Source: Candidatus Thorarchaeota archaeon | Lineage (GTDB): Archaea; Asgardarchaeota; Thorarchaeia; Thorarchaeales; Thorarchaeaceae | Assembly: GCA_019057475.1 (NCBI GenBank) | Contig: DXJO01000006.1 | Span: 68,984-132,983 of the forward strand | Length of the DNA: 64,000 bases | Direction: 5' to 3' | In this document: positions 1 through 8,948 of the stretch, piece after piece | How positions within the stretch are numbered: position 1 is the stretch's first letter | Layout: the number at the start of each line of letters is the position of its first letter | Notes under the pieces: generated by a model | Seen by the model: only the letters and a program-made list of their open reading frames with translations | Databases searched by the model: none | What the model was told of the DNA's origin: nothing | Made by a program: the position numbers and the translations under genes

Positions 1-159
1 TTTGCGTCGACCTCTTCGTTTCCTAGTTGTAATCTCTATCTCTATTACAGACTCCACAGCCTCAACATCTTCAGGTGGTGGAGTTACATCTTCGTCATTT
101 GGTTTCATTGTATCAAACCCTAAATCCAACGCTATGGTTTCTTCTAGAGATATGCTCAT
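1..159 (-). CDS. 5' portion of a protein-coding gene running off the left window edge (N-terminus MSISLEETIALDLGFDTMKPNDEDVTPPPEDVEAVESVIEIEITTRKRRGRRK...), function unknown
   Basis: I translated the minus strand myself from the ATG at 157-159; the frame stays open to the window edge. The composition is acidic then basic and looks protein-like, and a TATA-like box lies upstream. It is not in the supplied ORF track because it is partial. Confidence 0.3.
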   Translation of the reverse strand, partial: MSISLEETIALDLGFDTMKPNDEDVTPPPEDVEAVESVIEIEITTRKRRGRRK

Positions 160-206
160 GAATCCGTTTGCGTCGGGTCTTTCTATTCAAAGCCGACCTT
201 TTTTTG

Positions 207-214
207 TATATAAA
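207..214 (-). promoter_or_regulatory. archaeal TATA-box-like element (TTTATATA read on the minus strand), about 45-50 nt upstream of the ATG at 159
   Basis: This is an AT-rich TATA consensus in the 195-nt gap between two tandem minus-strand genes. Its spacing is compatible with a short 5' UTR. Confidence 0.3.
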
Positions 215-353
215 GCAGGGCCACAATTTAGGGTCACATCTTGTGACTAGTAGTTCTATCCATTAAAATAGGTAACAATTGTTAAAAATCTATATGTAGC
301 GATAGTTCGGGCGTATGGATGATGCATGACTAACTGAAAATAGCACGCTCATT

Positions 354-1331
354 CTAGTTGAAAGTCTTCTCTAACCAAGTGACTAACGGAACCCAGCTCC
401 CTTCTGAGAACTCTGTATGCTTTCCACCCGGAAAAACATGAAACTTCTTCGAGTCAGAGGGAATCTCCTCAAAGAGCTCACGACACGAATCAACAGAGAA
501 TAACTCATCAGAGTCACCGATTCCAACGAAGAATGGAATGTGCAATTCCTTTGGGATTTCCATGTCCCTATGATTCATTATTCTCATGAAGCGCAATGTG
601 TATCTGAAATTGAACAATGGATCGTCCAATCCGACCATTCCATCTCGCCCGTATTTGATCACTGGCTTGTTTGGCAAGAAAAGAGACCAAAGAGCTATCT
701 TGGTCTTCTGCAGGATTGACATTTGCGGATACGCTTCTGGTCTAATGGTTCGAGCACCGCTCAACAGGATGACTCCGTCAATGTTCGCGAGGCAATTGTT
801 CATTGCATGTACAGATGAAAGAACTCCAAGGCTATGTCCGAGCAACACTACAGTGTCATGAAGTTGCTTTGTGAAAGATATTGTTTCGCAAATATCCTTG
901 ACAAACCTGTCCTTGCTCGCGTAATCTCCTCGAACCCCATCAGACAGCCCATGCCCTCGAAGGTCGAGTCCGTAGACTGTGAAACCCGATTTCGCTAGTG
1001 GCTCACCAATCATCGAATAGGGCCCGCTATGAGCAGTTATTCCATGAAGTATCAGGACCGCTTGCTTACGTTGAGTTCCGCCTTGAGGTTCCCATTTCCT
1101 AAGGAAAAGCGTTTGACCATCGGAGGTTGTGATTAGATGGTGGGGTCCTTCAAACTGTTGGCGCAGTTTCGAAACATCCAGGCTCATGATTTTCACATCA
1201 TCTGAATTGCAATGCTTCTCAGGCTTAAACCTTCTTTGAGCACTTTTCTGGCTTGCTAGCTTGAGCAGAATGCGCAAACTGTGAATGATATCGTCGAAAA
1301 AGTAACAATGCGTAAGGTAATAAGGAAACAT
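354..1331 (-). CDS. alpha/beta-hydrolase fold protein, lysophospholipase / monoacylglycerol-lipase-like
   Basis: It has a GHSLG nucleophile elbow (GxSxG) and an HGITAHSGPY oxyanion-region motif typical of the Hydrolase_4 family. The true start may be the internal Met at 1187 (MSLDVSKL...), because the first ~48 codons look non-conserved. Confidence 0.65.
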   Translation of the reverse strand: MFPYYLTHCYFFDDIIHSLRILLKLASQKSAQRRFKPEKHCNSDDVKIMSLDVSKLRQQFEGPHHLITTSDGQTLFLRKWEPQGGTQRKQAVLILHGITAHSGPYSMIGEPLAKSGFTVYGLDLRGHGLSDGVRGDYASKDRFVKDICETISFTKQLHDTVVLLGHSLGVLSSVHAMNNCLANIDGVILLSGARTIRPEAYPQMSILQKTKIALWSLFLPNKPVIKYGRDGMVGLDDPLFNFRYTLRFMRIMNHRDMEIPKELHIPFFVGIGDSDELFSVDSCRELFEEIPSDSKKFHVFPGGKHTEFSEGSWVPLVTWLEKTFN

Positions 1332-1473
1332 TTTTGGTAATCAATTGCAGGTACACCAAGCAAGAGACGCTTCGCACACGTGGTTCATTGAGGGTTCATT
1401 CCTTTTCGCACCATATCTGAAGAATTCCCTAGTTTTGACTAACCTGTAATTCGCAAAAGCGAGAGTACATACA

Positions 1474-2004
1474 ATGAGTTACGACAGAGAGCCTATTGAG
1501 GCTACAGTGGCTGAATTGAAGCCACGTATGAAGAATGTCACCATTTCATTCAAAGTGATTGAGATCGGTGAAGAGCGTGAGGTTTCATCACGCCGTGATG
1601 GAACGACACACCGTGTTGTTGATGTGGTAGTTGGCGATTCAAGTGGAACTGTTCAAGTGCCACTCTGGGACGACACAATTGACGCAGTTGAAGCAGGGAA
1701 GACCTACAACCTGACTAACGGTTACACAGGTCTCTTCAGAGGCAACTTGAGACTGAACGTTGGCCGCTACGGCGAGCTAGCAGATGCAGAAGAAGCCATT
1801 GAAGAAATCAACACGGAACTTGACATGTCAGCCGAGGAGCACGAAGATACTCGACGTCGCAGAGACTATGGCGGTGGCGGTCGTGGCGGCGGCGGATATG
1901 GCGGTGGCGGCGGTGGATACGGCGGTCGCAGTGGCGGCGGCGGATACGGCGGTCGCGGTGGCGGCGGCGGTGGATACGGCGGCCGGGACAGACGACGCAG
2001 GTAA
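1474..2004 (+). CDS. ssb: single-stranded DNA-binding protein, crenarchaeal-type single OB fold, with a C-terminal RGG/YGG glycine-arginine-rich tail
   Basis: The N-terminal ~110 aa align well by eye to Sulfolobus SSB (LKPRMKNVTISFKVIE...VGDSSGTVQVPLWD). The C-terminal 50 aa are RRRRDYGGGGRGGGGYGG... repeats. Confidence 0.8.
   Translation: MSYDREPIEATVAELKPRMKNVTISFKVIEIGEEREVSSRRDGTTHRVVDVVVGDSSGTVQVPLWDDTIDAVEAGKTYNLTNGYTGLFRGNLRLNVGRYGELADAEEAIEEINTELDMSAEEHEDTRRRRDYGGGGRGGGGYGGGGGGYGGRSGGGGYGGRGGGGGGYGGRDRRRR
1852..2001 (+). repeat. GC-rich imperfect tandem repeat (ggcggYggcgg... units) encoding the Gly/Arg/Tyr-rich SSB tail
   Basis: Repeated ggcggcggcggatacggcggtcgc-like units are visible directly. 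They give rise to spurious ORFs on both strands. Confidence 0.8.
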
Positions 2005-2104
2005 TAGTAATCCCGAATGGCATTAACCATTTGAGATGACTAACATCAGTTTCGAAGGCGGGTACGACGCCCTTTAGGGGGCAATCGTTGCTCTCCTTCT
2101 ATCC

Positions 2105-2113
2105 TTTTTTTTT
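2105..2113 (+). terminator. oligo-T tract (T9), candidate archaeal terminator downstream of ssb
   Basis: The run of 9 T lies ~100 nt after the ssb stop, in an intergenic gap. Archaeal termination uses oligo-T. Confidence 0.35.
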
Positions 2114-2126
2114 CATCAATCCATTC

Positions 2127-2996
2127 TTAGAAGCATTTTCGGTCGGGTTCTCTCCCGACATGCTTTTTGTTGAAGCGAATTATTCTCCTAGCTTCTTCAA
2201 TGTCCGCGTGCATTGCACCGGTTGAGCACGCTATGACACAGTTAAAACAGTGAAGGCAATCATTGCGCTTTTTGGACAAGTCTTGTACTGATATCACATG
2301 AACGGGGCAGGCGTTTTCACAAGCACCGCACTCGGTGCAGAGGTCCTTATCGAATCTAATTTTTGTGATTCTGAAGCGTCCAAACGCACGAACGAAAGGA
2401 TATAGAACTCTCACCTTCATTGACATGTAGTTCAGCTTCTTTTTTAACACGGTCCACTCGATTGGTTTCTCAAGCCGCTGACGCATTATACTTACGAACT
2501 CTGAAATGAGCGTTCTATCCTCGCTCCTAGGAAACTCAACATCTTCATCGTAGAAGTGAGGTGTCAAAAGCTTGAGTGCGCCCAGGATTTCAAAGCCTCG
2601 GCTGTGAAGCATCTTACACATGTTGAGCAAAGTCTTTCCACTATTCACACCCCCAAATGTCGTAAAACAGAAGGCTTTCCTTGGCTCATTTGCTGTGGCG
2701 CCTACGTTTAGCAATCCCTTAAGAAGGTGCTTGATTGGGTCTAGCATCGTCAATTGGTATACGGGTGTTCTGATGCCCAGAATTGGGATCTCTGCTAGTA
2801 GATTCCTTATCTCTAACCGACCGTCATCGCTCCCGTAATCTGAAAGATTGAACAATTCAACTTCTCGCAAGAAGGCGAGCTCCTCAGCAAGGAGAGCGGC
2901 AACATCCTTCGTACTTCCGTTCGGTGAAAGATACACGATGCCCACTCGAGGAGGGGTCTTGCCCCATTCGGCATTTATGAGGAAGCCTGCTTCCAT
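2127..2996 (-). CDS. flavodoxin-like domain fused to a 2x[4Fe-4S] ferredoxin domain (EFR1-like ferredoxin/flavodoxin protein)
   Basis: The N-terminus has a flavodoxin-like signature (VYLSPNGSTKDVA). The C-terminus has two Cys-rich cluster motifs, CTECGACENACP and CLHCFNCVIAC. Confidence 0.55.
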   Translation of the reverse strand: MEAGFLINAEWGKTPPRVGIVYLSPNGSTKDVAALLAEELAFLREVELFNLSDYGSDDGRLEIRNLLAEIPILGIRTPVYQLTMLDPIKHLLKGLLNVGATANEPRKAFCFTTFGGVNSGKTLLNMCKMLHSRGFEILGALKLLTPHFYDEDVEFPRSEDRTLISEFVSIMRQRLEKPIEWTVLKKKLNYMSMKVRVLYPFVRAFGRFRITKIRFDKDLCTECGACENACPVHVISVQDLSKKRNDCLHCFNCVIACSTGAMHADIEEARRIIRFNKKHVGREPDRKCF

Positions 2997-3152
2997 GGAA
3001 GTACCTCTGTCTTCCAGATTGTCGCAAGAGATAGTATTTTCACGATAAATATACCAAGTGAGGTTTAAAATCTCGCCACAGCAATTAAAATTGGTGAATG
3101 CGCACTTCGGCTTCGTATCTATTCCTGATTGAATCTGCTGGACTTGCGCGGA

Positions 3153-4064
3153 TTATGCGCCTTTCCAGTACACTTGCAGCAGATCATCCTTGAACTCTGA
3201 ACCATACTTGATGATGTCCATCGGATTAGCCACAATGAACGAGAATCGATAAACAACACATGCATTTGGAGCGGCCCACACTATATAGCTAGGACTTGTC
3301 AGGAACCTGGTTGTCCAATTCTTACAGACATTTTCAAATGTAATTCGAAGATTCTGATGATCGAAATTCATATGGAAAGTCAGTTCGAAGGTGTAGCGAT
3401 ATGCTTCATCGTAGCCAGTCATGTCTTTGAGTCTATAGAGCGCTCTTCTCATTGAGCGCCTTACCGAGGAGTCCTCACCTGACTCCAGATCCTCATTCCT
3501 ATCGATGAAATCTGACATCTCGATGCGATAATTAGTGACCTCACTTGTTACAACCTTGCTATTGGGCACTAACTGAGTCGTTTCATCAGGCAACAGAACT
3601 TCCGTGTAATTGAGTGTAATCTCACGGACGATACCTTCGACACTTCCAATTTTCACGTAGTCTCCAACACGAAACGGTCTAGCGGCAAAGACATACAACC
3701 CACTGACGATATTTCCTAACGCCTGTGAGAATGCGAGACCTATCGCGGTTCCGAATAGTGTAGTTACTGATAGAATTGCAGCGAAACTGGATGAAAAGAA
3801 GCCTATAATGACCACGACCATGGCTGCAAAGAGAACTAGTCTTGAAATCAGTACTATGCCGCTTGATGCCTCAGGTCCTACCCCCATAGCTGTCAAGGAC
3901 CTGCGGAGAATCCGTGTTAAAATGAAGTATAGTAGAAATAGAATGACAAGTTGCAGTATCTGGAGCCAAAAATACTGGATGAATGCGACGGGATCAACAA
4001 ACAGGTCCGGGATTGTTGTAGTTTCTTGCATGGCTGACTCCTCAGATGCCACGTTCCTGTTCAC
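3153..4064 (-). CDS. mscS: small-conductance mechanosensitive channel, MscS family
   Basis: There are N-terminal TM helices and a conserved MscS core (LFGTAIGLAFSQALGNIVSGLYVFAARPFRVGDYVKIGSVEGIVREITL). Confidence 0.8.
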   Translation of the reverse strand: MNRNVASEESAMQETTTIPDLFVDPVAFIQYFWLQILQLVILFLLYFILTRILRRSLTAMGVGPEASSGIVLISRLVLFAAMVVVIIGFFSSSFAAILSVTTLFGTAIGLAFSQALGNIVSGLYVFAARPFRVGDYVKIGSVEGIVREITLNYTEVLLPDETTQLVPNSKVVTSEVTNYRIEMSDFIDRNEDLESGEDSSVRRSMRRALYRLKDMTGYDEAYRYTFELTFHMNFDHQNLRITFENVCKNWTTRFLTSPSYIVWAAPNACVVYRFSFIVANPMDIIKYGSEFKDDLLQVYWKGA

Positions 4065-4280
4065 AGCTATTTGAATTGTGCTGAAGGGCAGCTCCAGTCT
4101 AAAGTTTCCTCTAATGGTTCAACGCTAGTCCATAATCAAGAATGTTTGCTCAGTCGGTACGCTTGCGAGAGATTTTACTCCTCCGTACTATACTACTAAC
4201 ACAGAAATACCAATTTGGCGCCTTTCAAAATAGCTAATCCAGAGGATTCGATAAACAATACAGAGTAGACCTAACGAGGT

Positions 4281-4814
4281 TTGACGGCCATGGACGATAG
4301 AAGCTTCACTCGCATTTACAAAATTGTAGTTGTTGGAAGCGGTGCCGTTGGAAAGACCTCTCTCATCTTGCGATTCACTACGGGCGCTTTCCGTGAAACT
4401 TACCTACAGACTCTGGGCGCAGGGTTCGCGTTCAAGAATTTAGATGTGGATAATCGACTGGTAAAGCTGCAAATTTGGGACCTCGCAGGTCAACCCGAGA
4501 TGAAGAAGGTTCGTAGCAACTTCTACACTGGGGCCAGCGGAGTCATCTTCATTTACGATGTGACGCGCCGTGAAACATTTGATGAGATGCTGGGCTGGAA
4601 GACAGAGGCTGACACCCATGCCCAAGGAAGCATTTCTCTCCTTGTGGCGAATAAGACCGATATGGTGCAAGACAGAGCCGTTACAGAGGCTGAAGGAAGA
4701 GAGCTCGCTGGGGAATTCGGCTGGAACTACATTGAAACCTCGGTCAAGTTGAATGAGAACGTTGGTGATGTTTTCAAAATCGTAACTCGCGAAATAATGA
4801 GAGCGATTGATTGA
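4281..4814 (+). CDS. Ras/Rab-like small GTPase (eukaryote-like small GTP-binding protein)
   Basis: All the G-box motifs are present: G1 GSGAVGKTS, a switch I Thr, G3 WDLAGQ, G4 NKTD and G5 ETSVK. At 177 aa it is the typical Ras-superfamily length. Confidence 0.85.
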   Translation: MTAMDDRSFTRIYKIVVVGSGAVGKTSLILRFTTGAFRETYLQTLGAGFAFKNLDVDNRLVKLQIWDLAGQPEMKKVRSNFYTGASGVIFIYDVTRRETFDEMLGWKTEADTHAQGSISLLVANKTDMVQDRAVTEAEGRELAGEFGWNYIETSVKLNENVGDVFKIVTREIMRAID

Positions 4815-4895
4815 GCTCTAACTATTACTCGGAAGAAAGATAACGTTTCATTCACAGAGCACTCCAAGCAGACTGGGGATTTACCGGTGGACTAA

Positions 4896-6329
4896 ATGCC
4901 TACGGAAAAAAATAGAGATCAATTTCATCTCATCGTTGACAAGTTGCCAGTGGGTATACTGATCGTTGGCAAAAAAGGAATCATCTATGCGAATAAGAAG
5001 TTCCACAAGATATCAGCGGTGTCAGGAGACCTTCTCGGTAGAACAATCGGTGATGCTCTTCTTGCCGCCCTTCCTGGTGAGGTTGAAGCTCTTGAGAAGA
5101 AGGTGAATGCTCACCTTTCAAAGAAATCCAAGCGAACGCAATCAGTTGTTCTTCAGTGGAATGACCGTAAGAGCCGTCCCCGTTTCTTCGATGTGTTTCT
5201 GCAGACGATGGATTTCAAAGGGCAGACCGCCGTTCAGCTCGCATTCACTGATACAACCTTGCTCAGGAGCTCAGAGGTCAAATTGAGAGAACAGTACGAA
5301 ACGCTTCAGCGCTATCTGGATATAGCCGGAGCCGCAATAGTTGTCCTAGACGCGTTTGGAAAAGTCACTTTCACCAATCGCAAGGCGACCGAGCTGCTCG
5401 GGTACTCGGGATCAGAGTTTGTGGGCCTGGACTGGTTCGAAACGATTATTCCTCCGCGAATTAGGCTTGAGATGAGGAGTGTCTTCCAGACTATTATTGC
5501 AGGTGAGGTTGAAACAATCGAATATTACAACAATCCGGTGCTCACGAAACGTGGTGTGGAGAGGATAGTATCGTGGCGAGACACTGCTCTATCTGACAAA
5601 GATGGAAACATCATTGGCGTGCTCAGCTCCGGAATTGATATCACGGAGAGTCAAAGGGCTGCGTCAGAGCTTAAGGCTGCAGTTGAAACATCGATGTTGT
5701 ATCTAGACCTGATGGGGCATGACATACGCAACCAACTGCAGGCCATCACCATGAGTGCAGATTTGCTCAAGGACATGGCGCAAGGGCCTGAAGGAGGACG
5801 GCTTCTTGAGTATGTTATTAGCGCGGCAGATGTTTGTGATGCGCTGATTGACAAAGTCCATGCTACAGAACATCTTCTCTCTGTGCCCCTTGGTGATGTT
5901 TCCTTGAAGGAAACTTTAGAGCAGACATTGGATTTATTCCGTAGAAAGCACCGCAAAGTCAAGGTGATGGTCGACTACGGCGGACTTGACCCAGTTGTTC
6001 GTGCGGATCCATATCTTGAAAATCTATTGAGGGAACTTTTAGAGAATGCAGTCAAACATAATCCCAAAGAAAAGAAACAGGTATGGATCTGCATTGGACA
6101 AAGGGACGATGGCTTTAGAATCGCGATTTCGGATGATGGCCCCGGGATGTCCGAGAAGATGAAACTCTCTCTCTTCGATCTAGAGAAGCGACTTGGAGGT
6201 GTTGGAGCACAACAAGTCAAGCATATTGTCGACAAGTATCGTGGTCATATTGTCGTTGTGGACCGCGTAGAAGATGAACCTAAGCAGGGCGTGGAAATTC
6301 GAGTCTGGCTGCCAGGCTCTAAGCATTAG
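4896..6329 (+). CDS. PAS-domain sensor histidine kinase
   Basis: PAS regions are followed by an H-box (MGHDIRNQLQAI) and a C-terminal HATPase_c domain (DDGPGMSEK, GVG). Confidence 0.8.
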   Translation: MPTEKNRDQFHLIVDKLPVGILIVGKKGIIYANKKFHKISAVSGDLLGRTIGDALLAALPGEVEALEKKVNAHLSKKSKRTQSVVLQWNDRKSRPRFFDVFLQTMDFKGQTAVQLAFTDTTLLRSSEVKLREQYETLQRYLDIAGAAIVVLDAFGKVTFTNRKATELLGYSGSEFVGLDWFETIIPPRIRLEMRSVFQTIIAGEVETIEYYNNPVLTKRGVERIVSWRDTALSDKDGNIIGVLSSGIDITESQRAASELKAAVETSMLYLDLMGHDIRNQLQAITMSADLLKDMAQGPEGGRLLEYVISAADVCDALIDKVHATEHLLSVPLGDVSLKETLEQTLDLFRRKHRKVKVMVDYGGLDPVVRADPYLENLLRELLENAVKHNPKEKKQVWICIGQRDDGFRIAISDDGPGMSEKMKLSLFDLEKRLGGVGAQQVKHIVDKYRGHIVVVDRVEDEPKQGVEIRVWLPGSKH

Positions 6330-6344
6330 ATGAGTTCTCAGCAC

Positions 6345-7784
6345 CTACTCTGTGCTGAATACCAGCGTCTTTACCACAACGGGAACAACAACCCCCTCGA
6401 TTATGGGCTCTCCTATATCCACGAAATCACCTTCGTCAAGGGAAATTTCATCGATGCAAAGTATCTCGTTCGCGATGCCGGTCTCCCTCTTCATGACATT
6501 TCCCACACTATTACCAATGTCAGTGTCAAAACACATGAGAATTGATTTCCCAGTTCTTACAGTGGTGGGCAATGCTGCAACAACTCCTTCTGAAAATGAC
6601 GCAAGATTCTCATATGAGGGTCTAACTGCGTCCTTGAACGCTAGAATCAACGGGTTTAGGCCTTCCTGAATATCGAATCTCTCAAGTGCTTTCATAATGG
6701 CTCTTTTGATTTCCTCGGAAGTTTGCTTTCCTTTTGGGATGTGAGGAACGACCACAGGCAGATTGCGCAGAGGGTACTCGAGTCCCGCAGAAAGGAAAGT
6801 TGTTGAGCCACTTACTTGCAGGCTGCTTTGTCCAGCACCTATAACGGTGGCCCTAATCTTATGCTCCGGTTCGTGCAAAGGCATACCGCGCTCTGTTACC
6901 TTCGCTCGGATTTCATCAGCAAGTGTGCGACCGAGATCATTAAACTCCCGAGTTTCAGTTTCGTAGATGTACTCAGCGACGCCTCCTGAGAAAGTCAGCT
7001 CGTCGATCTTCTGTGCTGCATCTAAGGGCGGAGTCATCATGAGCATTCTGGTAATGTTCGACTTGGGGGGCCCTTGCAAGGCTTCTACAAGAGACTCTGC
7101 GAGAGATGAAGCAAGTCTTCCCTGAGTATCAGCATCAATTCTTTGGCCAATGCTGAGATTAATTCCAAGTTGTTCAGCAACCTTGCGACCGGTTTCCTCA
7201 AGCCGGACAAGTGTCCCGCTGTCATCAGTTGCCAGCAACCTGCTTCCTACATTTATCGCAGCGGTCTGAACAATTCGTCCTTCTTGGCATATTGAGATGT
7301 TCGAAGAACCGCCACCGACATCAACATTCATGATTGTAAGACCACTGTTCTCAGACCTTAGTACGGCGCCTGCTCCATACGCAGCTAGTACTGCCTCGAA
7401 GTTTGGTCCTGCAGTTGCTGCCACAAACTTGCCGGTTTCTCCCGCCAAGGCTTTTACAATCTGTTCTGCGTTTTGCTTTTTGGCTGATTCGCCCGTTATG
7501 ATGACTGCACCAGTGTCTATCTCTGATACCTTGATTCCCGCCGCAGCATAATCTCTAAGGAACAAATCTCTGAGGGCTACAAGGTCTATTGTATCGGCAT
7601 CGCTGAATGGTGTTAGGTGAATTGGTCCTGAGTGAAGGATCTTTCGCTCCTTGATTCTGAACTTCTCAGACTTGCTTTGCGCGTCCTTCTCAAGGAGTAT
7701 ACTGCTAAAAATGATGTGCGATGTTGAGGAGCCAATGTCAACCCCCACGCTTGTGAGTAGCTTCTGTGTGGTTTTGACAAACAC
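6345..7784 (-). CDS. EutA-family ASKHA ATPase (ethanolamine-ammonia-lyase reactivase-like), context-orphan
   Basis: The N-terminus matches bacterial EutA closely by eye (SVGVDIGSSTSHIIFS; GAVIITGESAKKQNA; FVAATAGPNFEAVLAAYGAGA). Confidence 0.65.
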   Translation of the reverse strand: MFVKTTQKLLTSVGVDIGSSTSHIIFSSILLEKDAQSKSEKFRIKERKILHSGPIHLTPFSDADTIDLVALRDLFLRDYAAAGIKVSEIDTGAVIITGESAKKQNAEQIVKALAGETGKFVAATAGPNFEAVLAAYGAGAVLRSENSGLTIMNVDVGGGSSNISICQEGRIVQTAAINVGSRLLATDDSGTLVRLEETGRKVAEQLGINLSIGQRIDADTQGRLASSLAESLVEALQGPPKSNITRMLMMTPPLDAAQKIDELTFSGGVAEYIYETETREFNDLGRTLADEIRAKVTERGMPLHEPEHKIRATVIGAGQSSLQVSGSTTFLSAGLEYPLRNLPVVVPHIPKGKQTSEEIKRAIMKALERFDIQEGLNPLILAFKDAVRPSYENLASFSEGVVAALPTTVRTGKSILMCFDTDIGNSVGNVMKRETGIANEILCIDEISLDEGDFVDIGEPIIEGVVVPVVVKTLVFSTE

Positions 7785-7896
7785 TCTAGAATCGGTGCCT
7801 CCTTAGAACTGGCACGAAGTTCATCAGCCTTTTAGGTTTGCGATTGGAGCTACATTGACTTGCTTCATATCGATGTCTTCATAATGCAATCGTCCA

Positions 7897-8421
7897 ATGG
7901 AAACGCGATCAATCATGGACGTTCTGGAAGCGATTCAGAATCGAAGGAGCATTCGTTCCTACCTCGCTAAAGAGGTTGAAGAGGAGAAAGTCAATATCAT
8001 TCTGGAGGCCGGTCGATGGGCGCCTTCAGCATCCAATAAGCAAGCCTGGCATTTTATTGTTGTACGTGACCTTGAAATTCGCAAGAAGCTTGCAAAGGCG
8101 CATCCTTACGGCAGATGGATGGACCAGTCGCCGGTTGTGATTGTTGTATTGGGTGACCCAGAGAAACATCCCAAGTACCACCTGTGTGACCCTCACAACG
8201 CAGTTCAAAACATGCTACTTGCCGCCTTCTCGCTTGGCTTGGGCACCTGTTGGATGGGCGTAAGAGATGCTTCCATAGAACCCGAATTCCGCGAGATCCT
8301 GGATATCCCTGAGAACTTGAGGGTTGTTTGCGCAGTTTCCGTTGGGTACAGTGACGTGGATAGAAGCAGCTCGAGACAACCGATTGAGAACATTGTATCG
8401 CGGGATAAGTTTGGCAAATAG
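7897..8421 (+). CDS. nitroreductase-family NAD(P)H:FMN oxidoreductase
   Basis: It has the NRRSIRSY motif near the N-terminus, the length of a nitroreductase fold, and a conserved WHFIVV segment. Confidence 0.75.
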   Translation: METRSIMDVLEAIQNRRSIRSYLAKEVEEEKVNIILEAGRWAPSASNKQAWHFIVVRDLEIRKKLAKAHPYGRWMDQSPVVIVVLGDPEKHPKYHLCDPHNAVQNMLLAAFSLGLGTCWMGVRDASIEPEFREILDIPENLRVVCAVSVGYSDVDRSSSRQPIENIVSRDKFGK

Positions 8422-8478
8422 CCAGCTTGCCTGACTTGCTAATAACTCAACCAACGAAACCTTAGGCTGGGTGAAATT

Positions 8479-8880
8479 ATGAATGGAGAAAAAGATTTAG
8501 AAATCCTCCTGCGCTCCATGCGTCCAAAGCTCTCCGAAATCCAGTTTGTTTTCTGTAACATCTTGCGGGACAAGCTCACCACTCTGAAGATGGAGCCGCT
8601 ATTTGTATTCAGGGAAGAAGAAGGCGCTACAATCATCATTGAAAAACGGCAAGCAGATTCAGAATCCTTGGACTACGAGGATGTCTGGTCCTGGATTGCA
8701 CTAACTGTTCACTCCAGCCTTTCTGCCATTGGTTTTCTCGCGGCCATCACAGCCAAGCTATCTGAAAATCGCATCAGTGTGAACGTTGTATCAGCTTACT
8801 TCCACGACCATCTCTTTGTGCCCCAAGAAAAGGCACGCTTGGCGATGCAGGTGTTGGATGACCTCCAGAGACGTAAATAA
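8479..8880 (+). CDS. ACT-domain protein (ACT_7/DUF2241-like small regulatory protein)
   Basis: The N-terminus follows the GEKDLxxLLxSMxPxLxxxxFVFC pattern typical of that family. It is ~130 aa. Confidence 0.5.
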   Translation: MNGEKDLEILLRSMRPKLSEIQFVFCNILRDKLTTLKMEPLFVFREEEGATIIIEKRQADSESLDYEDVWSWIALTVHSSLSAIGFLAAITAKLSENRISVNVVSAYFHDHLFVPQEKARLAMQVLDDLQRRK

Positions 8881-8948
8881 CTAGGATTAGTAACACAGAT
8901 ATGCATAAAGAGCACATTCAAGTTTGGGATTGAGGTGTTGGGTTCGTA

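Noticed and set aside
2-250. 82-aa plus-strand ORF at the left edge
   Set aside because: It starts with TTG, has a Ser/Thr-rich composition, and overlaps the better-supported minus-strand partial gene and its TATA box.
1784-2026. ORFs on both strands (1784-2026 +, 1808-2023 -) inside the Gly-rich SSB tail
   Set aside because: They are artefacts of the GC-rich ggcggc repeat. They have low-complexity Ala/Val or Arg/His composition and are fully nested in the ssb frame.
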